DNA of 64,000 nt from Alloascoidea hylecoeti (lineage: Eukaryota). The translations under genes were made by a program, and so were the position numbers. Location of the stretch: positions 1,036,875 through 1,100,874 of the forward strand of contig BCKZ01000005.1 of NCBI GenBank assembly GCA_001600815.1. The letters are read 5' to 3'. This document shows, piece after piece, positions 38,377 to 50,240 of the stretch. Position 1 is the stretch's first letter, and each line of letters begins with the position of its first letter. The notes under the pieces were generated by a model. The model had not been told where the DNA came from. It saw only the letters and a list, made by a program, of their open reading frames with translations, and ran no database searches.

Positions 38377-39686
38377 TTAGCAATGCGAGTGACCTCTATG
38401 ATACTTCAAACCGTTCAAGTTTTTGTATCTCTTACCACAAATATCACAATGATAGGGTCTTTCTTTTTGGTAAACAAGTTCTAAATCTGCACACTGTTCG
38501 GGGTAGGGTTTGTTTGATTTTGGATCAATGATTGAAAAAGTTCCATCCAAATTCTTCTTCAGCATCTGACCAAGATGGCCATGCAATCTATGATATTTGA
38601 GACCATTCAAATTTTTATAAGCCTTTGGACAACCGATAACAGGACACTTAAATGGTTTATCCTCCCCTTCTCTGTCAAACATGTAGAGATTTCTTGCAGG
38701 ATTACTGATGCAATTATTCTGGTCTTTCAAGCATTGGTTATTTAAGTTCTCCTCTAACTTTGAATTGTTATTCTTAGCCATTAAAAAACTATCTCCTATA
38801 TCCAACTTTTCATAACCTAGGTTAATCTCGAGCTCGAAGTCGGAACCATCCCAGAGGACCCTTTGGGGAGAATAATAGGGAAGGAAATCTGGTGTGATTG
38901 GACTGCTACTTTCCATAGAATCTGACGTCAGGAACACGGCATCTGTAGAAACAACCTCATCGCTGTAATTTGATCCGGGATATAAAACATCCATTCCATA
39001 TCCAGAGGAGGAACTATACTCTTTCATTGCTCCAGCAGTTGGTAATGATGAAAGATTTTCCCTTGAATCTTGAGAAGCAGAGAGTGTCGGAGATGTACAG
39101 AGTTTATGCTCATATTTGTAATTCAAAAGGTTTTCCCCCAAATCATTAACATGAACACCCTCATAATGTCTTAATAATTCATGAAGATTAGACAGCACCT
39201 TACCACAGCATTGATAATTTTTACAATAGGACGTTTCTAGTCTTGGTAAGTATGAAGGAGTTAACAGTGGTGAATTTATTGGATTGATAGTACTTCTATA
39301 TTCATGATCAAAAAATCTATAATATTTGTTAGCCAGAGCTCATGGTGACTTGTAATGATAAACTTAAGATGGAATCTGGCTGCATGTATGGGTGCCAATT
39401 GAGATACATGTAAAGATTGAACAAAATATACATACTCTTCCTTTGTTCGACTTCCAGTATTTAATATTACCCCATTAATATTAGCTATCGATATAGCTCC
39501 AATGCCAGATTGTGAATTTAATGTAGATTGCTTTTGGTAGTTTATATTGTTTGTTTCTCCAATATTTGCTCTGGGGATTCTTAAATTAGTCTCATTATCT
39601 CCCCAAAATCTACACATAAGATTTTGACAATAAGCATGCGAAAGTGTGTGTAATGAATATGGTTGCTGTATCATCACTTCTTCCAT
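38377..39686 (-). CDS. SFP1: SFP1-like C2H2 zinc-finger transcription factor, 2 exons
   Basis: Exon 1 39686-39436; intron 39435-39317 (GTATGT...GCTAAC...TAG). The spliced frame gives YLPRLETSYCKNYQCCGKVLSNLHELLRHYE plus the split fingers KPFKCPVIGCPKAYKNLNGLKYH and PYHCDICGKRYKNLNGLKYHRGH. Confidence 0.88.
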
Positions 39687-42525
39687 TATAACCCCAGTAT
39701 CAAAAAGAGAAGTTTAAAAAAATATTAATTATAAATAGATGAAGGATTAGCCAAATCTGAATATATATGGTATATGAAAATAGATATCTTTTTAATTTTA
39801 AGTTTTAACTAATATATCCAAAGAAATAAATGGATATCAATGCTATATATATACTCAGTTCTGAAATTTGATCTCTTATTATTAAGTTTCACCGGTAGAT
39901 GTGAAATTCCATAATTATGCCCATTTCATGTATATTATTATAATTATAACCTTAACTATACTTGTCCATACCATTACAATTGAACCCTTTAGATTAGATA
40001 ATTATCGGCTTCAAGGATAGATACATGTTGCTCGAATTTAAGAAAGACCGCATGTTCACTCCAAATTGGTAAAGGGATCATATTTTAGAGAAAATAGAAT
40101 ATTGAATACACCTATAACTTTTGAGATATTAGGCGCAATAAATTAAGCATATATATTTATATATATCCGATAGTACAATTGAACCTTATAGGCCTATCTC
40201 TATCTCTATTTTTTTTTAATTGTCGCAGTTGTATGTACTTTTATATTTCCAATATCAATATAATATATTTTTTTCAAATTAGATAAATATAATATTAGTT
40301 AAAGACAAAATCAAGAATCATAATTAGAAGCTATTGAAAATGAAAATATAAAGATATCTAGCTATAACCTTAGATCTGGATAAAGCTGAAAAATATATAC
40401 GTCTGCGGGAAATTAGTAGTATAAGACTATAAGTATAGGAGAATAATTGAATTTGACACAAGCCCACTTCTTAACCGAAATATCAATTGTCATGATGCTT
40501 ATGTATATGCATAATATATGGGGCTCGCGATTGAGTAAGTCCATTATTAATATTGCATCCATATGATCAATTGTGCGTACTATGATAATTCAATATTAAT
40601 AACTGTGCATATAGCTACTTGTTTCATTGTTTATATATTTCGAAGATATAGATAATAACCGTAAGATCAGAAAATGATTTTTGCTGAACAACGCCAAATA
40701 CTTTTACCCGTTCAAGTCTCTCTAAAAACCAGATTTTTCTGTCTACTTTCGATGACGTTTATGAGTACTTTAAGTGAACGAACCAGGGCGATACATAAAT
40801 TTGTTAAATTTTAAAAAATATTTAGTTATGTGTTTGCGGTTGTTACAAAACTTTTCCTATATAAATTGGTTATAGGATAAGATAATTGTAATATTAATTA
40901 TAATTATGGTGATTCCTGTCCCAACTATACGAACCTATTACGAAGCAACATCTAAACCTTAAACCCTTAAATTCAAGATATAGAACTTTAATTACAGGTG
41001 CGGCTGAGACCGCTAAATCCGAATATCTATATTATAATTAATTAATCCTATTATTACACTACCGGTATTAATTACTAAACAACCATATACTAAGGAAGAT
41101 AACACCCTCATCTTAATACGAAAAATGATGTATAGAGATATCCATAGAATTTAGTTCCGCTACTCAGCGAAAAATCCAAGAAAGTGAATGAAACAACTTA
41201 CCAATAATTGTAATGCATATGAAAAGAGACAATAATATAGGTTGCATACACATATAGGCTCAAGGTTCAGATCGGTATACATGGATATGATTTACCATAA
41301 TCTTCGGTTAGGTAGAGCTATAGCATGATTTAATAACCCTTTGCAATTCCATCGGAATTCAAAAGTAAAAATAATAGGGGTATACGAACTGTGAATCTAT
41401 CGCTAATCATAAGTTATATATGTTCTATGGTATGTTTTGATAACATTGTTCAATAAGCCTACATAGTTTTAAATACACTAACATTATAGATGGTTATCGG
41501 TCAGGCCGCTCTTATTATTTTCCCAGACTATATATTTGTTTCAAACAGATGAGAGACAGATAGCTACATATGGCTATAGAACGGTGCTTAATTCATTAAT
41601 ATTGATTATATATGTAGGCCTATATAACAACAACAGTTTTAACACTGGCACTGTATTGCTAAAGATTATATACGTTATACAGTTAATTATACTAACTATA
41701 GCTTATAAGCTTTTAACGAAGAGCCTGAAAAATAAGATCTTATAAGTTTATATAGTTAACATTTCATAGAATTGAGTTTGTTTGTTTACAACTTATAAGC
41801 AAACTATATCTTAAGTACGATTCTTCCATTCAATACCCGGAATACAATTATAACAATGACACTATAACAACCGCATTAATCCTTGTACTACTACATCATC
41901 AAAAACATGGATCAATAATTTTATTTCCATTTAAACCTACAATCAATTGTAACGTTTCATGGCCAATTTCAATGTTAACTATGCATCATATATTTTAGCT
42001 CCAATAAGTATATTATATATTACTTCGGTGGTATACCGAGCACTGCAGCTGTCTACCTTTTTTTATATAGTACTTGCAATTTAATTTATATTTGTTGTGG
42101 ATTACTTGCATCCAAGATAGAGGTTCTAGAAAGAATAGAAAAACTAATTAAAAGTAGCAAAACATTGTTATATGATTAGGAAAGGTACCGAACCCTTAAT
42201 CAGGGATAATTTACTAGTTCTAACTTCTAACATTAAATTCCTGGTATTACAAAAATAACCAGTTTGTAGATGAGCTTTAATTATATAATCTGACTAGATC
42301 TAATTAGAAGATTGAGAGCAATAGGAACTACGACCAATAAAAATCACTAATAAATTTGCAACATATATGTATAATCGTATGACGTGATTCTAACTGAAAT
42401 TATTGCGATTTATAGGGTCCAACATAGGGTGTGAGTTCGGTAACAACCTAGTCTAGATACACCATATAATTATAAGAAACACAAAAATTAAATATTTTTT
42501 AGAATTCAACAAAACTATTTATTAT

Positions 42526-42807
42526 TTAAATAAAATTTGTTAATATTTGGTGATACACTGGAGATTCTGGCATTTTGACAGATTTCAGAAGTTTTTGATA
42601 TTGTTCAGTAGGTGGACGTAAAGATGGAGGCATGTTCTCCGCATAATTCACCATTTCCAGGGTTTCATTGATATTAAGAAATCTTGGAAATGCCCCCCTT
42701 CCACTTGTGTTAACTCTAGAAGATGGACTATTCAAGTTTTCCAGTGAATTGTGTGCTTTACATGGCTCTGGCATATCTATGAAATAGCGCTGATAGGACT
42801 CAAACAT
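42526..42807 (-). CDS. Possible small orphan protein (93 aa)
   Basis: ATG-started open frame (MFESYQRYF...), less AT-rich than its flanks, with TATATAA about 80 bp upstream; no recognisable domain. Confidence 0.3.
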   Translation of the reverse strand: MFESYQRYFIDMPEPCKAHNSLENLNSPSSRVNTSGRGAFPRFLNINETLEMVNYAENMPPSLRPPTEQYQKLLKSVKMPESPVYHQILTNFI

Positions 42808-43673
42808 GCAGACTTCTTCTGGATTGAATGTCAATATACCCGCATTTTACACACAGAAAGGAGATTATTCGCCTTCAATTGGGTTATATAAGGGACAAAA
42901 TCTCCACCTCATTGGAGCGTCTCAACACCGTGGGAAACTCGATGCAACCACTATTGATCGTGAAAGGAAAGAAAATTGATACAATTTGAATGTAAAATGT
43001 AAAGAAGAAGGATACTGCCAGTTGGGCAATAAGGCCAATATTAGAGCTCCTCTTGGAGTGAAAAAACCCGCCTAAGTTATTCCGGTATAGTAATGTTCGG
43101 CCATGTTGATGAATCTAAAGTTATAATAATTATATCTGCCAATTGACATCCGGCCGGTCGATACACTAATATTTGGCCATCCATATACTGATCATGATGT
43201 AAGTTTCTCTCTTCATGATCATGTCAATAATGCATGATTTAAAATCTATAAGTATATTTGATATCTATTTAAACTGGAATTTCTCTTTCTTCCGAAATTT
43301 ATAATCACTCCATTAACGTGGTGCTTCCACAATTCTATTTTCAAAAAATTCATTATCCTTTAGTGGTGATCTCCTAAATTTAATTTTAAGAAGCGCCCAA
43401 ATATTTTTGGAAGATAAAATTTAAGCATTATGGCCGAATATTAGTAATCACCTGCGCGAATATTTATTCCACAAAATGGCCGACATTAAGTGAAACAATT
43501 ATAAGCTTATATCAATGTGTGATTACATAATCCACCTAGTCGTTTTTTCATACAATTCTATAAAGTTTATTTATTATAATTCAACAACTCCCTCTATATC
43601 AATTTTTGCATACATATATAAGATATATAGAACAAATATTAAGCCGAGGGTGCTCATAGAGGTATACATTATT

Positions 43674-46600
43674 TTATAAAGAATTTGTTTGGTCTGAACT
43701 TGAAACATTATCACCGAAAACTTCGAAACTAATATCAACCATCCATGGGTCTTCAAGGAGTTCATCGGCAGTAGCTCTTTTGGTAGGGTCAATTTCAAAA
43801 CATCTAGAAAGAAAATCAAGTCCAGCTTGAGTTAATTGATCGGGAGATGGAAATTTAGGTAAATGTCCAGCAGCAATATGATACATTATAGCCCATTCAT
43901 TATCAAGATTTGACCATGGACGTCTTCCACTTGCCAGTTCTATTATGACACAACCTAATGACCAAATATCAATTGCAAATCTTCCAGATGCAGAATTTCC
44001 ACTTCCTGTTATTACTTCAGGAGACATATACATTGGAGTACCGGTCAAACTATTACCCATGCCTGCCGCTTTTAAGGCTTTACTGTCATTTGAAACATCC
44101 AGATCAGTATCGGTAGCATTAATCACAGAATCTCCAGATCCAGATGTTTTAATGAATTTTGCAGCACCAAAATCTACAAACTTGACAACACCATTATGAT
44201 CAAGTAAAATGTTTTCTGGTTTTACATCTCTGTGAACAATTCCAGATTTATGTAAATATGATAAACCTTCTAGTAGTTGAAGAACATAAACCTGGATCAT
44301 TGTTTCATCTTCCATTCTTCCATATTCTAAAAGCATCGATAAAGAACCACCTTGACAGTACTCCATGAATAAGAAAACCTTGTCTCTATGAACTTCAACA
44401 CCATAATATTGGACGATATTTGGATGGTTTAGCACCCCCAAAGCTGAGACTTCTTGTTTCACACTGGCCGAGATTCTTTTAATACTATGACTGTCATTCA
44501 ATCTTATTTCTTTCACAGCCACAACAGTACCAGTATCTAAATTTACTGCTGTATAAACACTACCAAAAGTGCCAGCTCCGATAAATTGACCTTGTTGCCA
44601 TCTAATTGAAAATTTCGCAAAAGAAGAAGCAAGGAGACCAATAATTTTATTTTCTTTCTTTGTATCATCCAATACCCTACCAATCGTCTTTTTAGAATGC
44701 TGTAATTGTGATCTTTCATCTTCTAAAATATCAATTTTTTTAACAATTTCATTTCTCAATTTTTCAGTAACTTCATCGTCATAATCAGCAATAGCTTCTG
44801 GTGTTTTTTCAGTTGATAAACTTTGAATTCTTCGTTTTTCGGCTTCTCTAGATCTAGCACCCATAACATCAAAATGGGAAATTAATAAAGTCATTGATCT
44901 TGCAACTTTTAATCTTAAGATTTTAAACTGTTCATCAGATATAGCTAGAATATTTAAATCTTTTGTCATCTCCATGGTTAGCTCTAATGAAGCAACAGTC
45001 CATCTAAATGTTTTGGGATCATTTGGCTCACAATCATCACAAACAAATGAAACCCACTCAATACTTAAATTTATTAGCTTTCTAATGATTTGTTTCCGGC
45101 GGGTTGAAACAGTAGTATGTTTTAGTAGATTTTTACCAAAATCTCTTGCAAATGCAAACATATTATTAACTAAATCCTGGCAGTGAAAACCAAAAGATTG
45201 CTCTTTAATAACTAGTGTCATATCAAGCAAGAGGAGTGATAATTTAGAAAATAATCTTGCTGTTCTGATCAATTCTCTATTAACTTTTGGTATGTTTGAT
45301 CTATATTCAAATAAGCAGTTTATTGTTCCTTTAAAAGTTTGGTCAAATATTGTTTTTGTCGCTTCAACATCTTTCACACAACCTCTTAAAATTAATTTAA
45401 AGGTCCCTGGATTTAAATCATCAGGAACTTTTGCTTCATTTAATTGCATACTAATAATTGGGCCATCCCAAACAACAGGAACTTCGGGGCATACAATAAT
45501 TAAATAAGGTAAGAAATGATCCGAAGTTTGTGAGTGATAGTAATCTTCATTGACATCATCTTCATCATGATCTAAATTTACAATTGGGTTTGAGTCAATA
45601 TGCCTTTTTAATCCCGATGAATTTAAGATGCTTGAGACAAGTGTTTCATCTGCTAATATCTCAGGATGTGCAAATATATATAAACCCTCGTTCATGAAAC
45701 TATCACAATGGATTAAATAATGCTCTGTGCTTTTTAATCTCTTTACAAATTCTAGTGCATTTTGTTTTTCAATTGAATATTCAGATGCGTTATACAAATT
45801 TTTTGCAAAACTATTTGAAAATCTTAATAATTTTCTCTGTAAAATTCCTAAATTTTCATTTGTACGTGAATACCATCTTGTTAATTCAATTGTTGACTTA
45901 ATTGGAGGGCCATTTAATTGATTTTTTAAGTAAACAAGTAATTTTGATACCATTTTACTTATCATACTACTAAATTCAATTGCAATTAAGTAATCACAAC
46001 CGTTTATGAAACCAACCATTCTTTTTAATTCCAACCATTCATGTTCTAATTGATTTGGTTCTTTTAATGTTTTAAAAGGTATTGTATCAAATAACTTACG
46101 TTGTAATAATTTGATATAAAATTCAATACAGTCCAATATAACAGCGTCAAAAGATTCATCAATATAATCAGACATGTTCCACTTGTCTGAACAGAATTCA
46201 ATCACCCTCTTTTTAATTTTGAGAGCAATTTTCATATATGATGATAGATCACCAATCATTTGATCAATCATCATCATTGTTGGACTTGAAACCTTTTTAG
46301 CATAATTCAACCTGATGGTTATGATTTCTTGGATTAATTTTGTTGGAAACAATAATAAAGTTACTAAACTATCCATGAAACTTGGCAATTCTAGTTCTTT
46401 GAATATATCACCATAATCAATAAGTTCCTGTTTTGTCTTTAGGACTAGTATATCCATTTGTTGAAATATCGACTTTTCAAATATTTCAATAACTTCCTTT
46501 TGTTTTAAAATTTGTGAAGCAAATATTTGAATTTCAGATTGTGAGGTTGGCTTGCGTATGAAGGCTACTATAACTTCTTCTTCGTTAATACAATTATCAT

Positions 46601-48113
46601 CGCTATCACCATTGTTTGTTTCTTCTGAAACTTCAAAACTACTACCAGTCCAATCATTTAATGATTTTATTTTTCTTCTTATTGAAAGAGTTATACTAAC
46701 CCATGAGACCAATGCATCAATTTTATTTCTAAATTTTTGTGTTGAACATTCAGGTTTGTCCTTTTCTAATGCAGAAATTGTTGGATATAAACCATTACAT
46801 TTACTCCATTTTTCAAGTATATCGTTAATTTGATCCTCAGCAGAAATTAAACAATTATTATTATGATTAACTTTAAAGTTTAAAATTTCTTTTATAGTAT
46901 CATTGATTAAAATTCTTGATAATTCAATTTCTTTCTGTTGTTGTTCAAATGATTTGTTGGATAATTTTGCTTTTATAAAAATCCATAAATTTGCGCTATA
47001 TTCTGTTTGGGTAAAAGTTTGTTGGACGATTTTTAATTTGGTCTTTTCTGATTTCAAGACATCACCATGTAAGACAGATTCTAACATTGCTTGCCATTCT
47101 AATCTGCCGATTGCATCATGAGGGTCATGTTTATTCCCAGAATATTCTACAGTGGTGTTATCAGAGTTAAGAATGTTGTCATCAACAGTACTATACCTTC
47201 TTGTCAATTTTACATTTTCATCCATCGCAGAGAAGATAGTCATCGCTTCTTCCTTTTCATAATTTAATAACAGTGATTGAGATGCAAGATTTGTATTTGA
47301 TGAATTATGATCATTCTTGCGAGCACCATTCGTCTCTTCATGATCATCATCAGATATATCAGTTTCAGTATTATATATTATTGCCTTTGTATAATAATCA
47401 TCGTTAAAAACTCGATTTAGCTTCTTTCTATAATTGTTGAAGTGACTTTGGGTTTTTGATCGTGGTCTGGTGTTTGAGTTTTTATTTAGACTATTATTAA
47501 TGTTATTATTGTTATTATTATGTTGTAATGAGGGTAGTGCTTCTTCATTAAGATCCGGATCTTGAGTTGTTGAAAATCCTATAATTGGCTTTGAGATGGG
47601 TGAGTCTAAACTTGCAATTGGTATTTCAACACCAGCAAAATATCCATCGCTACTACCAGCAAATGATTCAATATCACCAGATAATAAAGGCGTTAGTGGA
47701 GTATCCGGAATTCTGCTCAACTCGGACTGTAACATTGATGATGACCTTGATGATGAATATGAGGATCGTAAGCTTGCTGCAGTAGAATAAAATCTCGAAG
47801 AGACCGCGGCTGTCAGTGGCGGTGAATTTCTGTTATCAATTGAAGCCGAATCGGTGTTCGGTAATGGTAAATGTATCGGTTTATTATTATCGTCAATATC
47901 TAAAGAAAAGCGTACTATACTTGGACTTCTAACACTATCCAAGAAATGTTGTTCTGTAGCTATAGGATCGATATCATTTGTTATAATCACTGGTTTACTA
48001 GAAGCTTTGTTAACGTTGAACTCATTAATATTAATATTATTGTTCCAGTTATCTATTATATCTTTAGATCTAGAGGTGGCATCATCTAAACTTTGTAGAT
48101 CTTTATTTTCCAT
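43674..48113 (-). CDS. SSK2: MAP kinase kinase kinase of the HOG pathway (Ssk2/Ssk22 type)
   Basis: 1479 aa; RLEWQAMLESVLHGDVLKSEK regulatory motif, LLISHFDVMGARS, and a C-terminal kinase (IGAGTFGSVY, HRDVKPEN, DFG, GTPMYMSPE). Confidence 0.95.
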   Translation of the reverse strand: MENKDLQSLDDATSRSKDIIDNWNNNININEFNVNKASSKPVIITNDIDPIATEQHFLDSVRSPSIVRFSLDIDDNNKPIHLPLPNTDSASIDNRNSPPLTAAVSSRFYSTAASLRSSYSSSRSSSMLQSELSRIPDTPLTPLLSGDIESFAGSSDGYFAGVEIPIASLDSPISKPIIGFSTTQDPDLNEEALPSLQHNNNNNNINNSLNKNSNTRPRSKTQSHFNNYRKKLNRVFNDDYYTKAIIYNTETDISDDDHEETNGARKNDHNSSNTNLASQSLLLNYEKEEAMTIFSAMDENVKLTRRYSTVDDNILNSDNTTVEYSGNKHDPHDAIGRLEWQAMLESVLHGDVLKSEKTKLKIVQQTFTQTEYSANLWIFIKAKLSNKSFEQQQKEIELSRILINDTIKEILNFKVNHNNNCLISAEDQINDILEKWSKCNGLYPTISALEKDKPECSTQKFRNKIDALVSWVSITLSIRRKIKSLNDWTGSSFEVSEETNNGDSDDNCINEEEVIVAFIRKPTSQSEIQIFASQILKQKEVIEIFEKSIFQQMDILVLKTKQELIDYGDIFKELELPSFMDSLVTLLLFPTKLIQEIITIRLNYAKKVSSPTMMMIDQMIGDLSSYMKIALKIKKRVIEFCSDKWNMSDYIDESFDAVILDCIEFYIKLLQRKLFDTIPFKTLKEPNQLEHEWLELKRMVGFINGCDYLIAIEFSSMISKMVSKLLVYLKNQLNGPPIKSTIELTRWYSRTNENLGILQRKLLRFSNSFAKNLYNASEYSIEKQNALEFVKRLKSTEHYLIHCDSFMNEGLYIFAHPEILADETLVSSILNSSGLKRHIDSNPIVNLDHDEDDVNEDYYHSQTSDHFLPYLIIVCPEVPVVWDGPIISMQLNEAKVPDDLNPGTFKLILRGCVKDVEATKTIFDQTFKGTINCLFEYRSNIPKVNRELIRTARLFSKLSLLLLDMTLVIKEQSFGFHCQDLVNNMFAFARDFGKNLLKHTTVSTRRKQIIRKLINLSIEWVSFVCDDCEPNDPKTFRWTVASLELTMEMTKDLNILAISDEQFKILRLKVARSMTLLISHFDVMGARSREAEKRRIQSLSTEKTPEAIADYDDEVTEKLRNEIVKKIDILEDERSQLQHSKKTIGRVLDDTKKENKIIGLLASSFAKFSIRWQQGQFIGAGTFGSVYTAVNLDTGTVVAVKEIRLNDSHSIKRISASVKQEVSALGVLNHPNIVQYYGVEVHRDKVFLFMEYCQGGSLSMLLEYGRMEDETMIQVYVLQLLEGLSYLHKSGIVHRDVKPENILLDHNGVVKFVDFGAAKFIKTSGSGDSVINATDTDLDVSNDSKALKAAGMGNSLTGTPMYMSPEVITGSGNSASGRFAIDIWSLGCVIIELASGRRPWSNLDNEWAIMYHIAAGHLPKFPSPDQLTQAGLDFLSRCFEIDPTKRATADELLEDPWMVDISFEVFGDNVSSSDQTNSL

Positions 48114-49031
48114 TTTAGTTATATCGGAGATTGATTTAAAAGAAAGAAAATTTAATGATCAAGAAACTTCATCAATTAATATCCCTTACCTGAATCATAG
48201 ATTTTAAAATGTATATATATATATTTAAATTTATTTGCATATACACAAATCGATATCAAATATGAATTTGTTGCAAAATGAGGCCTTTTACATTCGTTGT
48301 ATAATAGTTGCTTCTCTATTCCTCTATATGGTTTGATTGCTAGCGCGGGCTCAAACTTAAAGATTTCCAGGTGAAAGTCAAAATGTTACAAATTCTATAT
48401 AAATGGGGATCAATCATCTACTGTAATTATACTTTAGGTTTCTCGTATCTAAAACTTAAATGCATAAATCGTTACTCAAGATCTAATCCAAACTGAATCC
48501 ATTGTCTCACATTACCTCTTTTTTTTAAAAAGAAAATCAAGTACTTAGCACAACTAGTAGACATTTAAATGATGATATGTGTTAATGGAGCAAACGAGGA
48601 ACTTGCAAAGTAATATTGAAATTGTGTGCTATTGTTTGAAGTCCCTCGAGAAACTCAAATATTCTGAAGTAAAGAAGTAAAGATCAATGAACATGAAAAC
48701 ATAAAAATCTTTCTTTGCAACTGAAATTACTATTTTTTGTACATAAAATTGATATTGACAGTATTATAATATCACAAATAGAACATAGTTATCGCGACTA
48801 CTCTAGATATCGATCTCATTCCCAAAGAGAATTACAGTATGATAATGATCTTATAATTTAAATCGTAATTAGTGTTTTATGTTCCTTTAGTTATATCTAG
48901 AATTACTATAGCTATATGATGAGCCTATACCACTATATGAATTGGCGTTCATTCGACTTCAATTTCTTGCGATTGACATGGTTGATCTGCGTTGTCGAAA
49001 AAAAAAAGTTATTTTTAAAGGTAAGTATTGC

Positions 49032-50240
49032 CTACCGGTATTCTTCCCTGCTTCTATAAGCAATAGGACCAGATGGAGGAGAATAACGACCTCTCTCATC
49101 CCTATAACCCCTAACTTCTCGCGATGGTATCTCACCCCTTGGCGGCAGAACTAAAGATCTATCGCCTCCCACAATTGAACCTATTGGCCCGCCTATACCA
49201 GGGGGTGGTGAAGGTGGCAGAGGTCTCCTTTCATATCGACTATCTCTGTAATCCCTTGCTATTGGTGGTGGATAACGGCTTCTCTCTCGATCTCTATCAT
49301 CATATCTATTACCTCCGTATATACCCCTTGGTGATCCTCTTGGTCGATAAGGAGGTCTGTCGTCATATCTGTGTCGTCTGTAAGGAGGCAGATAATCGTC
49401 ATACCTACGATCCTCGTAACGTGGTCTTCCATAATATCTATCGCCACGAAAAGGCAAATAGCCGCCACGGCCTCTTGGCTTTGGAGGTCCAAAATATTTT
49501 CCAGGAGTTGGTGTCCTCGGCCTCTTTCTTCTTGCCTTTTCAATACTTAAAACTCTGCCTTTATACTCTTTATTATTTAAGTCGGCTAAAGCACGATCAG
49601 CAGATTCAATAAGAGCCATATTAACGAAACCAAAACCTCTTGATTCTCTTGAATGTGGATCGACCATGATTTGGCATTTATCAACTACACCATACCTTGT
49701 AAACAGGGAAATTAGATCCATTTCGGTAACTTCTCTTGCAAGTCCTGTGATAAATAAATTTGTGCCTTCATTTTTAGCGTTTTCTTCCTCTTCTAATGAT
49801 AATGGTACAGTACCAGTCACCGGGGCCGTTGGTATAGAACCTATTCCAGGTGGACTTGTCAGTAACGTTGATTGATCCCTTACAATACCCCTTGAAGAAC
49901 TGTCGGAAGATGAATAAACCCTTGGATCTCTATCAATACGCTGCTGTGGTTCAAGTTCATTGGAAATATGTTGAGGGTAGCGTATTTTTTCCGGGACATT
50001 GCCATTAATTTCTCTAATTGAAGTTGATTTTCCATCAGAAGTTAAAGGTGGTGGGATATCACTTTCTACCAAACCTTCTGTTAGAATAAACTCTTAAACA
50101 AAACATTAAATGTCAACAAGCCCATTTCACTCCCCCGAATGAGCCAAGCACATCAGTAGTCAATGTCGAGAAGCAAGATCCATCCACACCTTTAAAACAT
50201 CATCATGTTGATACATACGAGAATTATTGATCCCATTCAT
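49032..50240 (-). CDS. RRM protein with R/D/Y/P-rich tail (Tra2/SR-like), 2 exons
   Basis: Exon 1 50240-50219 (MNGINNS); intron 50218-50078 (GTATGT...TTCTAACAG). RNP2 NLFITGL, RNP1 RGFGFVNM, then EKARRKRPRTPTPGKYFGPPK. Confidence 0.85.

Noticed and set aside
43574..48207. Many 60-120 aa ORFs antisense to or overlapping SSK2
   Set aside because: Shadow frames of a long coding sequence.
49018..49028. ATACTTACCTT as the start of a U1 snRNA gene
   Set aside because: The downstream sequence lacks U1 stem-loops and an Sm site and runs into a T-tract; kept only as a possible cis element.
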